From: Eledone cirrhosa | Taxonomy: Eukaryota | NCBI GenBank assembly: GCA_964016885.1 | Contig: OZ024743.1 | Location: forward strand, 41,850,001-41,914,000 | Direction: 5' to 3' | DNA: 64,000 nt | Shown here: piece after piece, positions 1 to 18,964 of the stretch | How the letters are laid out: each line of letters starts with the position of its first letter | Position numbering within the stretch: the first letter of the stretch is position 1 | The notes under the pieces: generated by a model | The model's database searches: none | The model's input: the letters and a program-made list of their open reading frames with translations, nothing else | What the model was told of the DNA's origin: nothing | Made by a program: the position numbers and the translations under genes

Positions 1-1448
1 ATTTCGAATCATGGGGTGGTTTAGCTTTCACATCATCAATAACATGCATGTATAAGATAACACCAACAGAGTATCAATATAATAGTTAAGTTAATACAGA
101 GGTTAAGTAAGCAATATATATATATAGAGAGAGAAAAACATGCTGACTACAATTATAACAACAGTGCCTGTTGATGTTCTGCTGCTGCGTTCTTGTATGC
201 GATGGCGGTTGTGATACTGTGATGCGTTTATCTTTAGAATTTGCTGCTATGTTGCGCATTGGTGGGGAGGTTTCCGTAGAGGTATTTCTGTGGTTGATCT
301 TGCGTGTGTGGTATCCTATATTTTCAGCCGTAGATTATGAGAGTTTTATAGTTTTTCTATTGCGGATTTTATTATATCTATGTGATATAGGGAAGTGTTT
401 ATCTATTAGTTTAAAGAATGTAGAAGGCAGTCTAGTTTTTACAGAGGAGTTGAAGATTGGATTGAACTACAGGTTTTTTTCTTTCTCTAATTTTCTATAT
501 TTTCCAGAGTTTACATTGTTGGTGTTTGGACCACTTACTCTAGGTGCTACGTGCCTAATGCTATGTCTAGTCTTCTACCTCTATGTTTGTGTGAGCGGTT
601 GATGTCAGTGTTAGTAGGTTTGTTTGGGTTTTCCTTATCCGTTATAAACTACAGCTTTTCTTTGTAAGCGGGATATTCTAAGGGATATACTACGTGCTAT
701 GGATCTGATTATGGATCTGGGGTGGTTTGAATTATAACTAATATAGGCCAGATTTTCATTATTTTTGTGGAAGGCCTCTATTAATGCCGTATTTAGATTT
801 AAAGTCACATCTTAAAGTTTGCCTTTTTATGATTCAGTTCGTAGGTAATACTTAGGCTTACTTTTTTGAAGAATGTTCTAATGTTTTTTTCTTAATCTTT
901 CCATGCTCTGGTTATTTAAGTTCCTAGCTATAAGGAGCGTGTCATCTCTATAAATCCCTCTTTAGAGGTTACTGAAATTCTTTATGTAGGTTGTGTGCTA
1001 TAAATAACCCCACGGCGTCAGTGATTTGCGCTGAGTCGTTCGATCCCATTGTGATATCGAGGCTGTTTATCCTATCTTTTCTTACCCAATAGCTATTTTC
1101 AAATGTTATGATAGTCCTTCTAGCCGCTATTATTATTTCAATTTAATCAGAGGTATGATCGGAGTTATTTTGTGCAAATATAAGCGCTTTATCTAGGGTG
1201 GCTGGGGATATGGACGCGTAGTAATTGTTTATATCGAATTGTATGACGTTACATGTTTCTCTATTTCTTATTTTATTGAACCATTCTATCGCTTCGTCAG
1301 TGTTAAACCATAAATTGATTTCTAGTTTTCCCTTTATTTGTGCGATTACCCTATCTAGAATATTCTTGCTAATTTTACCTATATACGACTTAGATGGGCA
1401 TATTAATCTGATAGTAGGATTTGTTTCAAAATTAATTTTGTGATCCTT
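1..1448 (-). mobile_element. Inverted partial copy of the adjacent Naiad-type Penelope-like element (RT part plus 3' UTR, GIY-YIG region deleted); runs off the window start
   Basis: Reverse complement of ~1622-3895 with scattered substitutions. ORF 1143..1493 gives KDHKINFETNPTIRLICPSKSYIGKISKNILD and IQFDINNYYASI. Two deletions relative to the + copy (~2403-2470 and ~2972-3730). Confidence 0.9.
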
Positions 1449-1479
1449 GTGGACCTTAACACATACAATAATTTCATTC

Positions 1480-4400
1480 AGGGTGAACTGCACAAAAAAT
1501 CCCCCAAAACAAGTGAATCCACACTCACCAGCATTAACGTGTAGGGCCTTAGGATAGTAAATAAACTCGGAATATCCGATAGAACCGAGACATTAACCCC
1601 ATGCAACCCCACATTTGACCTTAAGGATCACAAACATCATTTTGAAACAAATACTACTATCAGATTAATATGCCCATCTAAATCGGATATAGGTAACATT
1701 AGCAAGAATATTCTAGATAGGGTAATCGCACAAATAAAGGGAAAACTGGAAATCAATTTATGGGGTAATACTAACGAGGCGATAAAATGGTTAAATAAAA
1801 TAAGAAATAGAGTGACATGTAGCGTCATACAATTCGATATAAACGATTTCTACGCGTCCATATCCCCAGCCACCCTAGATAAATCGCTTATATTTGCCCA
1901 AAATAACTCCGATCTTACCCCTGATGAAATTTAAATAATAATAGCGGCTAGAAGGACTATCGTATCATTTGAAAATAGCTACTGGGTAAGAGAATATAGG
2001 ATAAACAGCTTCGATATCACAATGAGATCGAACGACTCAGCGCAAATCACTGACGTCATGGGGTTATTTATAGCACACAACCTACATAAAGAATTCAGTA
2101 ACCTCCAAGGAGGGATTTATAGAGATGAAACGGTCCTTATTGCTAGGAACTTAAATAACGAGAGCATGGAAAGATTAAGAAAAATCATGAGAACATTCTT
2201 CAAAAACTAGGCCTAAGTATTACCTACGAACTGAATCATAAAAAGGCAAACTTTCTAGATGTGACTCTAAATCTAAATACGGGATTAATAGAACCATTCC
2301 ACAAAACTAATGAAAATCTGGCCTACATTAGTTATAATTCAACCACCCCAGATCCATAATCAGATCCATAGCATGTAGTATATCCCTTAGAATATCCCGC
2401 TTATCCTCAAACCTAGAAATTTTTAATGAACATGCTAACTATTATAACGCGGTATTACATAGGCCCGGGCACAAAGAAAAGCTGCAGTTTATAACGGATA
2501 AGGAAAACCCAAACAAACCTACTAACACTGACATCAACCGCTTACACAAAAATAGAGGTAACAGGACTAGACATAGCGTTAGGACCGTATCACCTGGAGT
2601 AAGTGGTCCAAACACCAACAATGTATACTTTGGAAACTATAGAAAATTAGAGAAAGAACATACCTGTGGTTCAATCCAATCTTCAACTCCTCTGTACAAA
2701 CTAGACTGCCTTCTACATTCTTTAAACTAATAGATAAACACTTCCCTATATCACATAGATATCATAAAATGCTCAATAGAAAAACTATAAAACTCTCATA
2801 CACTATGGCTGCAAATATAGAATCCCACATACGCAGGACCAACCACAGAAATACCTCTAGGGAAACCTCCCAAGCTATGCGCAACATAGCAGCAAATTCT
2901 AAACATAAACACATCACAGTATCACAACCGCAAACGCATACAAGCACGCAACAGCAAAACCTCAACAGGCACGAATCACAACCCACTTATAGCAGTGTAC
3001 AAAACAGCAGTGTGGAAGCTGCACGGAATAACACCTCAAACTGCAATTGTCACCTACCAGAAAGGCGCCCATTGGCGAATAGATGCCTTGATTCGACCTT
3101 AGTGTACATGTGTACGGTGAACTCGGGCAACCCCACTTGGCATTACATTTGATCCACTGCGGATACTTTTAAAAAAAGATGGTATGTGCACAGACATTCG
3201 ATGAAGAACCGTGCACTAATAGGTTCTACAACCCTCGCCTAAACAATCTGGGAACTTAAGGAAAATAACATCAATTACAATATCAACTGGTCGAGGTTGT
3301 CGGCTGCAAGGGCATATAGTACCGGTATGTTCTATTGTAGGCTCTGTGGCCTTGAATTACTGTATATCCTTAGGAACGAAAAAAGACTACTCAACAACAA
3401 GATAGAAAGGTCAATTTTCTGCAGACACATGAACGCTATAAAATTCACAAGATTTAAGCCACCGTGGATCGAACCAACATAACTTAGCATTCAACATATG
3501 CAATCCACTCTCTCACACAGACCACCACAGAACTATAATATTCTTTAAGCAGCTTCTAGCCTCCTTAATTCTATACCACAGTAATGTCTGCAAATATCTC
3601 ATCAACCCATAATTATATCTCTTCTCAGCTGCTGTCAACACAACTTCCTCACCCTTGATTCTCAACAGATGAACCTAAATTCAAGTACATTATTAGACTA
3701 CTACCACAGTCCGCAAAACATCACCTTTCTCCTGTTGTTATAATTGTAGTCAGCATGTTTTTCTCTCTCTATATATATATATTGCTTACTTAACCTCTGT
3801 ATTAACTTAACTATTATATTGATACTCTGTTGGTGTTATCTTATACATGCATGTTATTGATGATGTGAAAGCTAAACCACCCCATGATTCGAAATAACAA
3901 TCCCATCATCTAATTTAGACCACTTAAATAATGAATCATCCGCTTTACAGCATATAAAAATTACTATCCTCACTACAATTAAAATATTTTATCTATCAGA
4001 TAATAAATAATTCTTACATTCAGCAAACCTACGGAAAAGGAAATGGTACATTGTTTCAAGACCCGGCTTATCTCTACACTATATATAATAGAGCCCATGA
4101 CAGATTGTACATGTCAATTTCATACATCTGCCTCATATCAGCTTGTTTTACATGCTAAAGTCATAAGTATACTCTATGTCTTACTTAGATTGGTGTTGTG
4201 ATTATTTCAACTAATTTATTACTAGCATTGTTAGTATTGTTATTATTATTCCGATTTAATGCCACTACTATATATAGAAGCCATGCCTGTGTATTCCCTT
4301 CATTCTCGCAAGCTCTGATGAATTGACTGGTTATAACTATGAATTGGTGATCGATTGACGCATAAACAGGCGGGTAGCGATATCTAGACGTACCAGTTCA

Positions 4401-4645
4401 GAGAAACAATTGTCAGCAATGTGATTAAAACCTTTATTGTATAGCAAACCGTGTCACTCTTCTTTCTTGATTTATCATTACTCCAAGTGTAAACTACATA
4501 GAAATCACCGCGTACTCGCAGGATCACTATGGAAACGCCTGTTGAGTCAAACTTAGCCAAGCGTTGATACTATCCACTACTCGGAGTACCCTAACTGGAC
4601 TAGATCTATGTGGTGTACCTATAACAATATTTTTTTGTTATCCGG
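1480..4645 (+). mobile_element. Degenerate Penelope-like retroelement (Naiad-type): RT, GIY-YIG endonuclease and 3' pLTR with hammerhead
   Basis: Motifs across stops and frameshifts: LKDHK..RLICPSKS.IG.ISK.ILD, QFDINDFYASI, ITMRSNDSAQITD, GGIYRDE (RT); IKLSY, CNC..PL...CL, LVYMCTV..HYI*ST..TFKKRWY, CRLCGLE, CRH (GIY-YIG). Ends in (TA)n. Confidence 0.9.
4312..4417 (+). ncRNA. Type I hammerhead ribozyme motif in PLE pLTR
   Basis: gct-CTGATGA-(long stem II closed by ctgg/ccag)-GAAA-caattg-TC-agc; palindromic stem III; ATTAAA just downstream. Confidence 0.75.
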
Positions 4646-4700
<55 letters not shown>

Positions 4701-4775
4701 TCTGTGTTTATATATCTATCTCTATCTCTCTCTATATATATATATATCTATATATTTTGTATATATATATATATA

Positions 4776-5805
<1,030 letters not shown>

Positions 5806-5941
5806 CTATATATATATATACATATATATTTCGTTGACAAATATATCAATATGCCCAGACATGCAGATATATTGCACTTGGTCTGACAGTGTGGTTTTAG
5901 CTCAAAGTAGGATAACTAGTATACTACAGAGTCGTTATATT

Positions 5942-8220
5942 TATAGGAATAACCAAAGAGTGCTTAGACATTCATTGTTTTATTAGCTAACATTGTTTCA
6001 TCCATACACCATGGCGGTAATCATCAGAGCCTATAAATATGCGTATATCGGTAGTTGCTAGCTCCATCGGGCTGCTTCACCAGAACAAGGACCAGCAGTG
6101 GGGTCCCGAGGCCAGCGCTATATGGAAAAAGACAGAATACATGATGCACATAATGTCATAAAATATCTTAAAAATTTAAAAAATAAAAAATTACACCAAC
6201 AATGTATTACTTAGATGGTGCAATAGATGATAAAGAGGTTGGGAGAGGGTAGCAAGGGATGAGTGAGGGATATACTCAGCATGATCAGAAACAATAATAA
6301 AATAATAATAAAATAATAATAAAATAATTAAAAAATAATAAAAAAGTACAAACATACAGAGATAAGAAAAGAGATAAATACAAAACAATAAAGGAAACAA
6401 AAGCCCGGACTCCCCCCCCAACAAAAAAATATAAGACGAAGCAATGCATAGATGCATCAAAGCACAAGCAGTGGAAAAAGAGGGTGTACAGCCACATCAA
6501 GAGAGTTTGCAAGCATGGGTCTGTGAAAAGAATAGTTGGTTAGCAGTGGTGCAGCCTTACATGTATGATAGTCAATATGAGGGATGGTGTACTCCAATTA
6601 TATCGCCTTGTAACAGGTCGATTCTCCTTATCATATCCGCACCCTACGAATCACATCGATATGTTCCAGTTCCGAACGTTAAGTGAGATAACACTATTTT
6701 TCCAAAAGCTATACCCAGGGGATTTATCAGCATAGGCGGTCTGGGATATACACCTACAATCTAAAATAAAAAATAAAAGAAAGTACGACGAGTTAAAGAA
6801 ATGTATGGTACATATACAGCCCGCACATATGTTAGGAAATTGAAAATACGCCAGGTCCGCAGAAACGGGCATTCCCCAAAATCCTCACGTTCTGTCGTTC
6901 AATCCAACGTGCCAGGTGAAATTCACTGTATGCGTTCAAGTTGGCGTTCGACCGATGTATCGCACCGCATACAACTGTACCACAGTAAATACAAATCGTG
7001 ATGGCTATCCCGTTACATATAGAGAAAAAGTGTATATAGGAATCTCCTCTTCCAGAATTACGTATGTCAGAATGAGCATATTTGTTATAATAATAGGCGG
7101 GTTTATTATAGTGAGTGCACATTTCTGTAGAATATATAGATATATATAGAAGGGAGAACTCACAACCAAATCTGTCAATGACAGCTACGTTATTTATATT
7201 TCCGCCGCGTGGTTTTCGTTTAGATTATTGATTCCTGGGTCGGTGGGAGTTCAATATCCAGTGCTGCACTTTGCCTTGAGTGTGGTTCTATAATTCATCA
7301 AAGATGGATTACAATTCATATTCAACTAACTCCAACTTTCAAAGATTAGTCTCTCGCTAGTAACACATAACAGTAATCTGAATATAAACACAGGAAGTCG
7401 TAGTGTACGTATGGAAAGTATGGGAGGCAATTCGCGTCATAAAGGGCGGATTCATTAGATATCCAACGGGATGGTAGTGGCGAGTCTTTTGTTTGGAACT
7501 GGAACATATCGATGTGGTTCCTAGGGTGCGGATATGATAAGGAGAATCGACCTGTTACAAGGCGATATAATTGGAGTACACCATCCCTCATATGGACTAT
7601 CATACATGTAAGGCTGCACCACTGCTAACCAACTATTCTTTTCACACACTCATGCTTGCAAACACTCTTGATCTGCCTGAACACTCTCTTTTTGCACGGC
7701 TTGTGCTTTGATGCATCTATGATTTGCTTTGTCTTATATTTTGGGGGGTTTCAAGGTTTTTTGTTCCTTTATTGTTTTTTGTTTTTATATTTATCTATTT
7801 TCTTATCCATGTATGTTTGTACTTTTTTATTATTTTTTTATTATTTTTTTTATTATTTTCTTATTGTTTCTGATCATGCTGGGTAATACCCTCATTCATC
7901 CCTTGCTACCCTTTCCCAACCTCTGTATCATATATGGCACCATTTAAGTGAAATATTTTTGGTGTAATTTTTAATTTTTAAATTTTTAAGACATATTATG
8001 ACATTATGTGCATCATGTATTTGTCATTTTCCATATAGCGCTGGCCTCGGGACCCCCTGCTGGTCCTTTAACCTTGTTCTGGTGACGCAGCTCGATGGAG
8101 CATGCAACTACTGATATACTCATGTTTATAGGCTCTCATGATTCCTGCCATTGTGTACGGATGAAACACTATTTGCTAATAAATCAATGTATTTCTAAGC
8201 ACTCTTTGGTTATTCCTATA
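5942..8220 (+). mobile_element. 5'-truncated PLE (decayed GIY-YIG remnant plus 3' UTR/pLTR) preceded by an inverted copy of its own 3' ~740 bp
   Basis: 5942-6678 is a diverged reverse complement of ~7495-8220. HHR on the minus strand at 5986-6030 (gct-CTGATGA...GAAA-caatg-TT-agc) and a mutated one at 8132-8177. Spacer has YNCTT...KVYIG and KVWEAIR-like remnants. Confidence 0.7.
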
Positions 8221-8223
8221 TTT

Positions 8224-8412
<189 letters not shown>

Positions 8413-8872
8413 AGAGAAACACACAGATACATGCGGACACACACATATACATGAATATATCCACATCCATCCTTGAGTTAATGGTGCCAACCTTAACCGA
8501 TGTTGCTCTATGAATAACTGGGACAAACCAATCCGAATGGATTAGACTGAACCAGTATCAGAGCTATAAAGTACATTATGAAGAGATTATCAGGGTTATA
8601 AGAGGCTTAGCTCTGTTTCTTGACCGCTGTATCACGTGATTGACTCCCCCTCCGCCTTTTGGGATTCTATCTCGCATCTTACAGACGTGTTTTTGAAATC
8701 CTTAATGACGTATCCTCTTGATAAGTCGGCAGACCTCACAAAAATTGTATATCTCTGTGATGTATTGTTTTTGATTATGCCACGAAACTACGTAGTCGAG
8801 GAATTTAGAAGCAGTTTAGGTATGATACATCTTATTACTAATTATATCTAATGTTTCTTCTCTCTTCATAAT

Positions 8873-8930
<58 letters not shown>

Positions 8931-8933
<3 letters not shown>

Positions 8934-9148
8934 ATAATAAAAATTTGAAGACTAAAATCCAAAGAGGGCTCGATAAGGATAAATATATATCAAATATATA
9001 AGAACCGTAGAGAAAATATTTATTAAAATAACAGATTAAAGTTTAAGCAAAGAATCGGTGATTTCACCCATAACGGGATCTTCAGAAGATCCCGTTAAGG
9101 GTGAAAGCAGCGATTCTTTGCTTAAACTTTAATCTGTTATTTTAATAT
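8931..9148. mobile_element. Fold-back pLTR-like element, family A (axis 9084)
   Basis: gggatcttc-a-gaagatccc axis with ~62 bp arms. Same family at 33500-33752, 39572-39826, 60710-60792 and 61470-62101. Confidence 0.75.
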
Positions 9149-9152
9149 ATAC

Positions 9153-9190
<38 letters not shown>

Positions 9191-9747
9191 GTAGATAAAT
9201 CTACCAAGAGTTTACGGTAGTGTCCAATCCGTATGAAGAACTCAATGTAGTCCGGATATCATGGAAAGAAGAGATGCAATGAAAAATCACTTTCGGTGAA
9301 AGATAAACGGAATACAGAGTCAAGATAAAATATTAAAAAAATAATGAATAAAACAATGAAACAGTTCCTTATATTAAACAAAAAAAGTTCATTATTTAAC
9401 GATCGTTTCTAGGATATATATGTGTTAGAATTGGCATGCATATTCAACAGATCTATGTACAAAATTATACAAAATTATACAAACTATCAAGATTAAATAT
9501 ACATACCAAACACACATATATGCCGTCTTCAGATTATTTCTGAAGACGGCATATATGTGTGTTTGGTATGTATATTTAATCTTGATAGTTTGTATAATTT
9601 TGTATAATTTTGTACATAGATCTGTTGAATATGCATGCCAATTCTAACACATATATATCCTAGAAACGATCGGTAAATAATGAACTTTTTTTGTTTAATA
9701 TAAGGAACTGTTTCATTGTTTTATTCATTATTTTTTTAATATTTTAT
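9191..9747. mobile_element. Fold-back pLTR element: ~210 bp near-perfect arms (9325-9533 / 9539-9747), each carrying an HHR
   Basis: Axis tcttcaga-ttatt-tctgaaga. Arm reads CTGAAGA-long stem II-GAAA-cgatcg-(TT/GT)-aaat. Confidence 0.8.
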
Positions 9748-9765
9748 ATATATATATATATATAC

Positions 9766-13567
<3,802 letters not shown>

Positions 13568-13579
13568 ATATATATATAT

Positions 13580-14200
13580 ATTATATATAGAGTTATAAAC
13601 TCAAATTGTCTTTTACAATTAAATAGCTCAAAGAAAGGAATATTTCTGAGCCGTGTAATACAAATGAATATATGATAGGGATAAACAATAATACAAGTAT
13701 ACATGTATTCGCATTGCAAATATTCCTTTCTTTGGGCTATTTAATTGTAAAAGATTATTTGAGTTTATAACTCTATATATAATATTCTCGGCTCCATAAT
13801 TTGAGCTAATTTATACTCCCTTAAAACCGGCTACTATTTTTAGCGGCATGAGTATGGGACCTGCTAAGCGCTGTGACACATGTGCTTTCAACACATTTCT
13901 CTCAGTCTTCTTAAGTATTTTGAAGTGAAACTTACCAATTTCTGGATATCTGCAGAAGAGCACAGGAATAGGAAATTTCAGTTAATTGTTGCGAAACAAA
14001 TTTTAAATTTTAAATTAAAAATGTTTCCAGGTGTCACGGTTATTGCCAATATAGGTTAGTTTTTATTGATTTATAATTTTAAATCGAGACAGACAAACCG
14101 TATTATTTTAATTAGTATTTTTTAATCTAGCTAACTTGGTCATTTGCAATGCGAACACATGTATACTTGTATCAGTGTTTATCCCTATCATATATTCATT

Positions 14201-14205
<5 letters not shown>
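13580..14205. repeat. Interlocking inverted repeats, probable rearranged pLTR remnant
   Basis: 13580-13645 pairs with 13717-13785, and 13658-13720 pairs with 14142-14205. Degenerate cagaaga...gaaac motif at 13953-13997. Confidence 0.6.
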
Positions 14206-14248
<43 letters not shown>

Positions 14249-14249
<1 letters not shown>

Positions 14250-14444
14250 GTTATTCCAGGTTGAATCGGAGGTAACCACAGTAAGTAAGGTACTCAATAC
14301 ATTGCAGAGTATAACAGTTTTAATATAGATGAGATTCTACAGGACTAGAACTGTTTCATTCTTTAGAAATCATCAGAAATCATCAGGGATTCCTGATGAT
14401 TTCTAAAGAATGAAGCAGTTCTAGTCCTGTAGAATCTCATCTAT

Positions 14445-14446
<2 letters not shown>
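14249..14446. mobile_element. Fold-back pLTR tail of the same family as 9766-9900 (axis ~14389)
   Basis: Near-identical to 9765-9893, then inverts at catcagg-gatt-cctgatg. Confidence 0.8.
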
Positions 14447-14517
<71 letters not shown>

Positions 14518-15229
14518 GTGTGAGTGTATGTGTGTGTCTCTGTGTGAGTGTGTGTTTTGTATAAACAGCCGCAGTAGAGCAGTACTAATCGAATAGATTT
14601 TCGTTCAGAGAAAAAAACACAGTTAAGAAATTGCGACATCGTGAATAAAACAACCAGGTGTGTGTGGCAGCAGTTTATAACATCACCAACGATAAATACA
14701 AAGATGTAGAGCCTAGCCTGGACTATCTCGAATAAATAAGAACTGATAGAAATCGATAACATATTGGACATGTTTTGGGCACAGGGCATACATTACGTGC
14801 TGTACTATGCATAGGCACGTTGTGAGTGTACTTAGCTATTGTGTAGCAGTGGAACTGGAGATACGTTCCTCAACCGAGTTTTGTTCCGTATTACCCGATG
14901 TAGTTCTGGCCTGACTAAACAGGGAAGATTTATACTCTTGCAGTTAATACTCATGTATCATCACGTAGTCGAACAATAGGTTAGTAAATTCAAGGTGTGA
15001 ACAAAGAGATTTTCACATCTCAAAATGCTGCAACTAGTGTTTATGAATATAAAATAACGAATACGTTATTAATGAATTACATAAAACTAGGTCAATATTA
15101 TTTTATATAAATCGAAATTGTAGCCGCAATAGAGCTGATTCAAAATCGTTTTGTTTGAGGCCTTCACGAAGTACGCTATCATCCACTCTTCTAAAAAAAT
15201 AAATCATACACAAAACACCAGCATCAACA

Positions 15230-15453
15230 GTTTTCCAAGAGATGTCAACATGAAAGGACCTGTTATTTTTATCTAAAGCCATTTTTCCAATTCCAACCAG
15301 CCCGTCCCTTCAATCTATCTGATTTATCATTCTTTCTTCTGATGAAGGACTAGCGTCGGAAACGTTAAAAGACTCTTCCTGCTATTTCAAACGTGAAGCT
15401 AATATATTCCCTCCATAAGCTGTACCGATTATGTTGTTATTTCTGTTTATTAC

Positions 15454-15458
<5 letters not shown>
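15230..15458 (+). mobile_element. PLE 3' end with minimal HHR (15335-15372)
   Basis: tctt-CTGATGA-aggactagcgtcg-GAAA-cg-TT-aaaaga. Preceded by an FQFQ..P-like PLE C-terminal remnant; ends at (TA)n. Confidence 0.6.
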
Positions 15459-15515
<57 letters not shown>

Positions 15516-17136
15516 CGTGTAAGTGTGTATGTGTGTGTGTGTGTGTGTGTGCGTGTAAGTGTGTATGTGTGTGTGTGTATGTGTGTGTGTGTGTGTGTGT
15601 ATGTGTGTGTTTGTGTGTGTGTGTGCGCGTGTGTGTGCGTGTATATTTCTCTTTGTACGTGTGTGTAAATTTCAACAAAATCAGATGTAACCTATGAGAC
15701 ATCCGAGAATCGGTATATAGAATTATTGTGATGCGACAGAGCAAGAGTCTAATTCAAATATACAGTTTGAAAGTATCTGCATTCAGATGTTGCTGAAAAA
15801 CCCGGAGAAGAATGACCGTCGTCAGTTTTTATGATGCTGTATTAAGGCTTCGCAAGTATACTATTGATATGTATTGTATTAATAAAGAGTGATGATTATA
15901 TTGGACGACATCAAACAATGTTTCCTTTGAGTATGTGTAGGAAGAACTAGCGATAATATCGTGTCATGATATAAATATGGTCACGTTGTAACGAAATCTG
16001 CCACAGTTGGTGACTCCTTATTCACATGCATTCATGAATATTTGTACTGTTAGAGTGCCATACTGAGAAAACGTTTCATATACAAAGAAAATCAGCAAGA
16101 CATAATAAATTCCATAGTTTTTTCTTACTCTAATGACGCTTTCGATATTTGCTGACGCACTTAGAACATAGATACATGTGTTAATCTTCTTCGTGTGCAG
16201 CTATTTTAGCAAAATTAAAAGCCGATTGTAAAATATAATAAGCAAACTCAAGTTTGGTTGCATCATAGAAAGAATAAAATATCTGTGGGTGTGATTTATG
16301 TCATAGATTAATATTAACCTAATGTTAACACGGCTGCTGCAATTATTTAAAAGAAAGATACATATTAATAGTCATGCAGCTAATGCAAAGAAGAAGAAAA
16401 CTCACTCACACACGTGCACACACACACACACAGACAGACACACACATAAATATATATATGCAACTATGTATACAGGTACGTATCAAATATGTGTATATAT
16501 ATTCATTTATACACACACATATGTTATACATATGTGTGTATCCATGTGTATGTGTGTGCGTGTAAATACAATTAAATATCTAACTATCAGTATAATATAA
16601 GCTCTTTCGCTATTAGGTTAAATATTATAACAAACATAACAACCAATGTGAATATATCTCGTTCAGTCACTTTCCCTAAGCAAAAGGTATTCATCTTATA
16701 ATCGGATGAATGCTGAGCTGAATATATGTACTTATGGCAGAAATATTACTCTCTTCAATTTCGTTTTCAGCACGTCGTTATTTCTCTTAAGGTGTAAGCT
16801 ATGCATGACTAGAAGACAGTTTTGTGGTGTGTAAGTAGTGCTTCGTGTATAACACACTCTCCTATCATGTGTGATGATTATTCTGTTATCTAAAACTTCA
16901 GACGTGTTACTTCCATTAATTGCCGAGTCTACAATTAAAGCATGTCATTCGATCGTGTTGTTTTAGACTTTTGTAATGTCCTTGATTTCATCTTTACCAA
17001 TTAGTGCGTATAACGAAATTTAAATAAGTTACCGAATGACGTGAATTCATTCCAGTTGTACTTAAAACGATGATAATTTATTTGTGAAGAGCCTGGCGTT
17101 ACAATTGAAGTATGTTCTTAGCTTTGTATTATTTTG

Positions 17137-17198
17137 TACGGAATGGTAACTTGTTTAGTATCAACATTGGTTGATACTAAACAAGTTACCATTCCGTA
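17137..17198. repeat. Perfect 29-bp inverted repeat with 4-nt loop
   Basis: tacggaatggtaacttgtttagtatcaac-attg-gttgatactaaacaagttaccattccgta. Confidence 0.95.
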
Positions 17199-17353
17199 TC
17201 ATTTCTTCTATTCTTTTTCTTATAAATAATTTGGACTGGAGCAATTTCTATCACAATGTTATTCGTATAAAGGTAAGAATTTCTTTAAATCAACATTAGC
17301 TACGAGCAGAATGAATGATGGCTCGTATATATTATATATCTATCTAGACATCT

Positions 17354-17424
<71 letters not shown>

Positions 17425-17518
17425 GGTATTAAATAAATGGAAACTATATTTATAAAACCATATTTATTCTGTTATATATAAATGTTGACATGACCAAGAA
17501 AATTGAATATCCCTTTTG

Positions 17519-17631
<113 letters not shown>

Positions 17632-18842
17632 ATGTGCGTGTGTGTGTAATTGTTGAATTGGAACAAGAAATTGTGATGATTGTCTTTGGAAAGATAACTT
17701 TTAATATGAACGAAACGACTTTAGCAAGAATTGATATGTGGTGCTTACATGATAATTCTCGGAGAATTGTTTTAATGATTTTACCATATATAAAAAACGG
17801 CACTCATCTGCATCTCTGTAATTAGAAGCTTTCTCCCGACCATTGCTATTTTCCTCAATGTTTGTATTACTGGTGTGTAAATATGCCTTTACTAGATGCA
17901 CATCTTTTCTTTTCCCATTTTAATTTTATTTAAATTCGAGCTCCTCTGTGTTGTAGCATTACAACAGCAAGGATGTGATATATTAAAACATCCCTTCACT
18001 TTTATGTTGATATTTTCCTACTGTCGCTCTATCTGATAAATCTTCACAGTTTATTTTACTGTTTTGTAATTATATTTTCGTATTTATATATATGTTGGGG
18101 AAGAAAGAGCGAGCTATGGACGGTAGGGAAGATACATAAAATACAATAGCTCAATGTTTAGATTAATAAAAATAAAAGAATAATAAATATTACATCGATT
18201 CATTACGATAACTGACAGAAGGTAATTCAAATCCTCCTGGTATGTGTGCGCATTTCCACGAGTTCATGTGAGAAAATGAGTTCGATTTTGGATTCAAACG
18301 TACAGTGAAAGGTGTGTGTATATATGTGCTATATGTGTGTCTTTCCACATTTAATATTAGGGGTTTGAGATGATTTTAACAGCGAGGCTACCGAATGTCT
18401 AAGTTATATCTGATGTTTTGGACTTCCAGGCGGCTATATATAACAAGAAATTCTGCATGAGAGAAATATTCAGTAAATTCCGGTGAGCAGAAAAACATAT
18501 ATTTGGTCGAAATTTAGAGGGGTAAATTGCAGGTGTACACAAAGAGATTTCCATAGCGTCATAGGCTAATTCTATGTTAACAAATCCTGTTTGTTTCTCC
18601 CTATTTATATACATATATGTACCTACTTTAGTCATATACCTTCGAATTGATGTGAGTTCATGTCCCCTGTACGTCAATACCCATCTTTTTTCCAATCAGA
18701 TGATTTTTATTTAAATCCCAACGAACAGACTAATTCTATCAAATACGGCGTAAGCACATCTTACTACCTAATATTCAAATTTGCAACCTGCTTTGTGTCT
18801 CCCTATTTACACACACACACACACACACGCACACACACACAA

Positions 18843-18900
<58 letters not shown>

Positions 18901-18964
18901 TACGCGCAAAACCAGCCGGCAGGATACCCCGAGCAAGAAGAAGAAGAAGAAATATATATATATG

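Noticed and set aside
3150-3152. In-frame TGA in the Naiad GIY-YIG as possible selenocysteine (reported for some Naiads)
   Set aside because: It replaces the Gly of YIG (GGA to TGA), not a Cys, and the copy has other stops and frameshifts.
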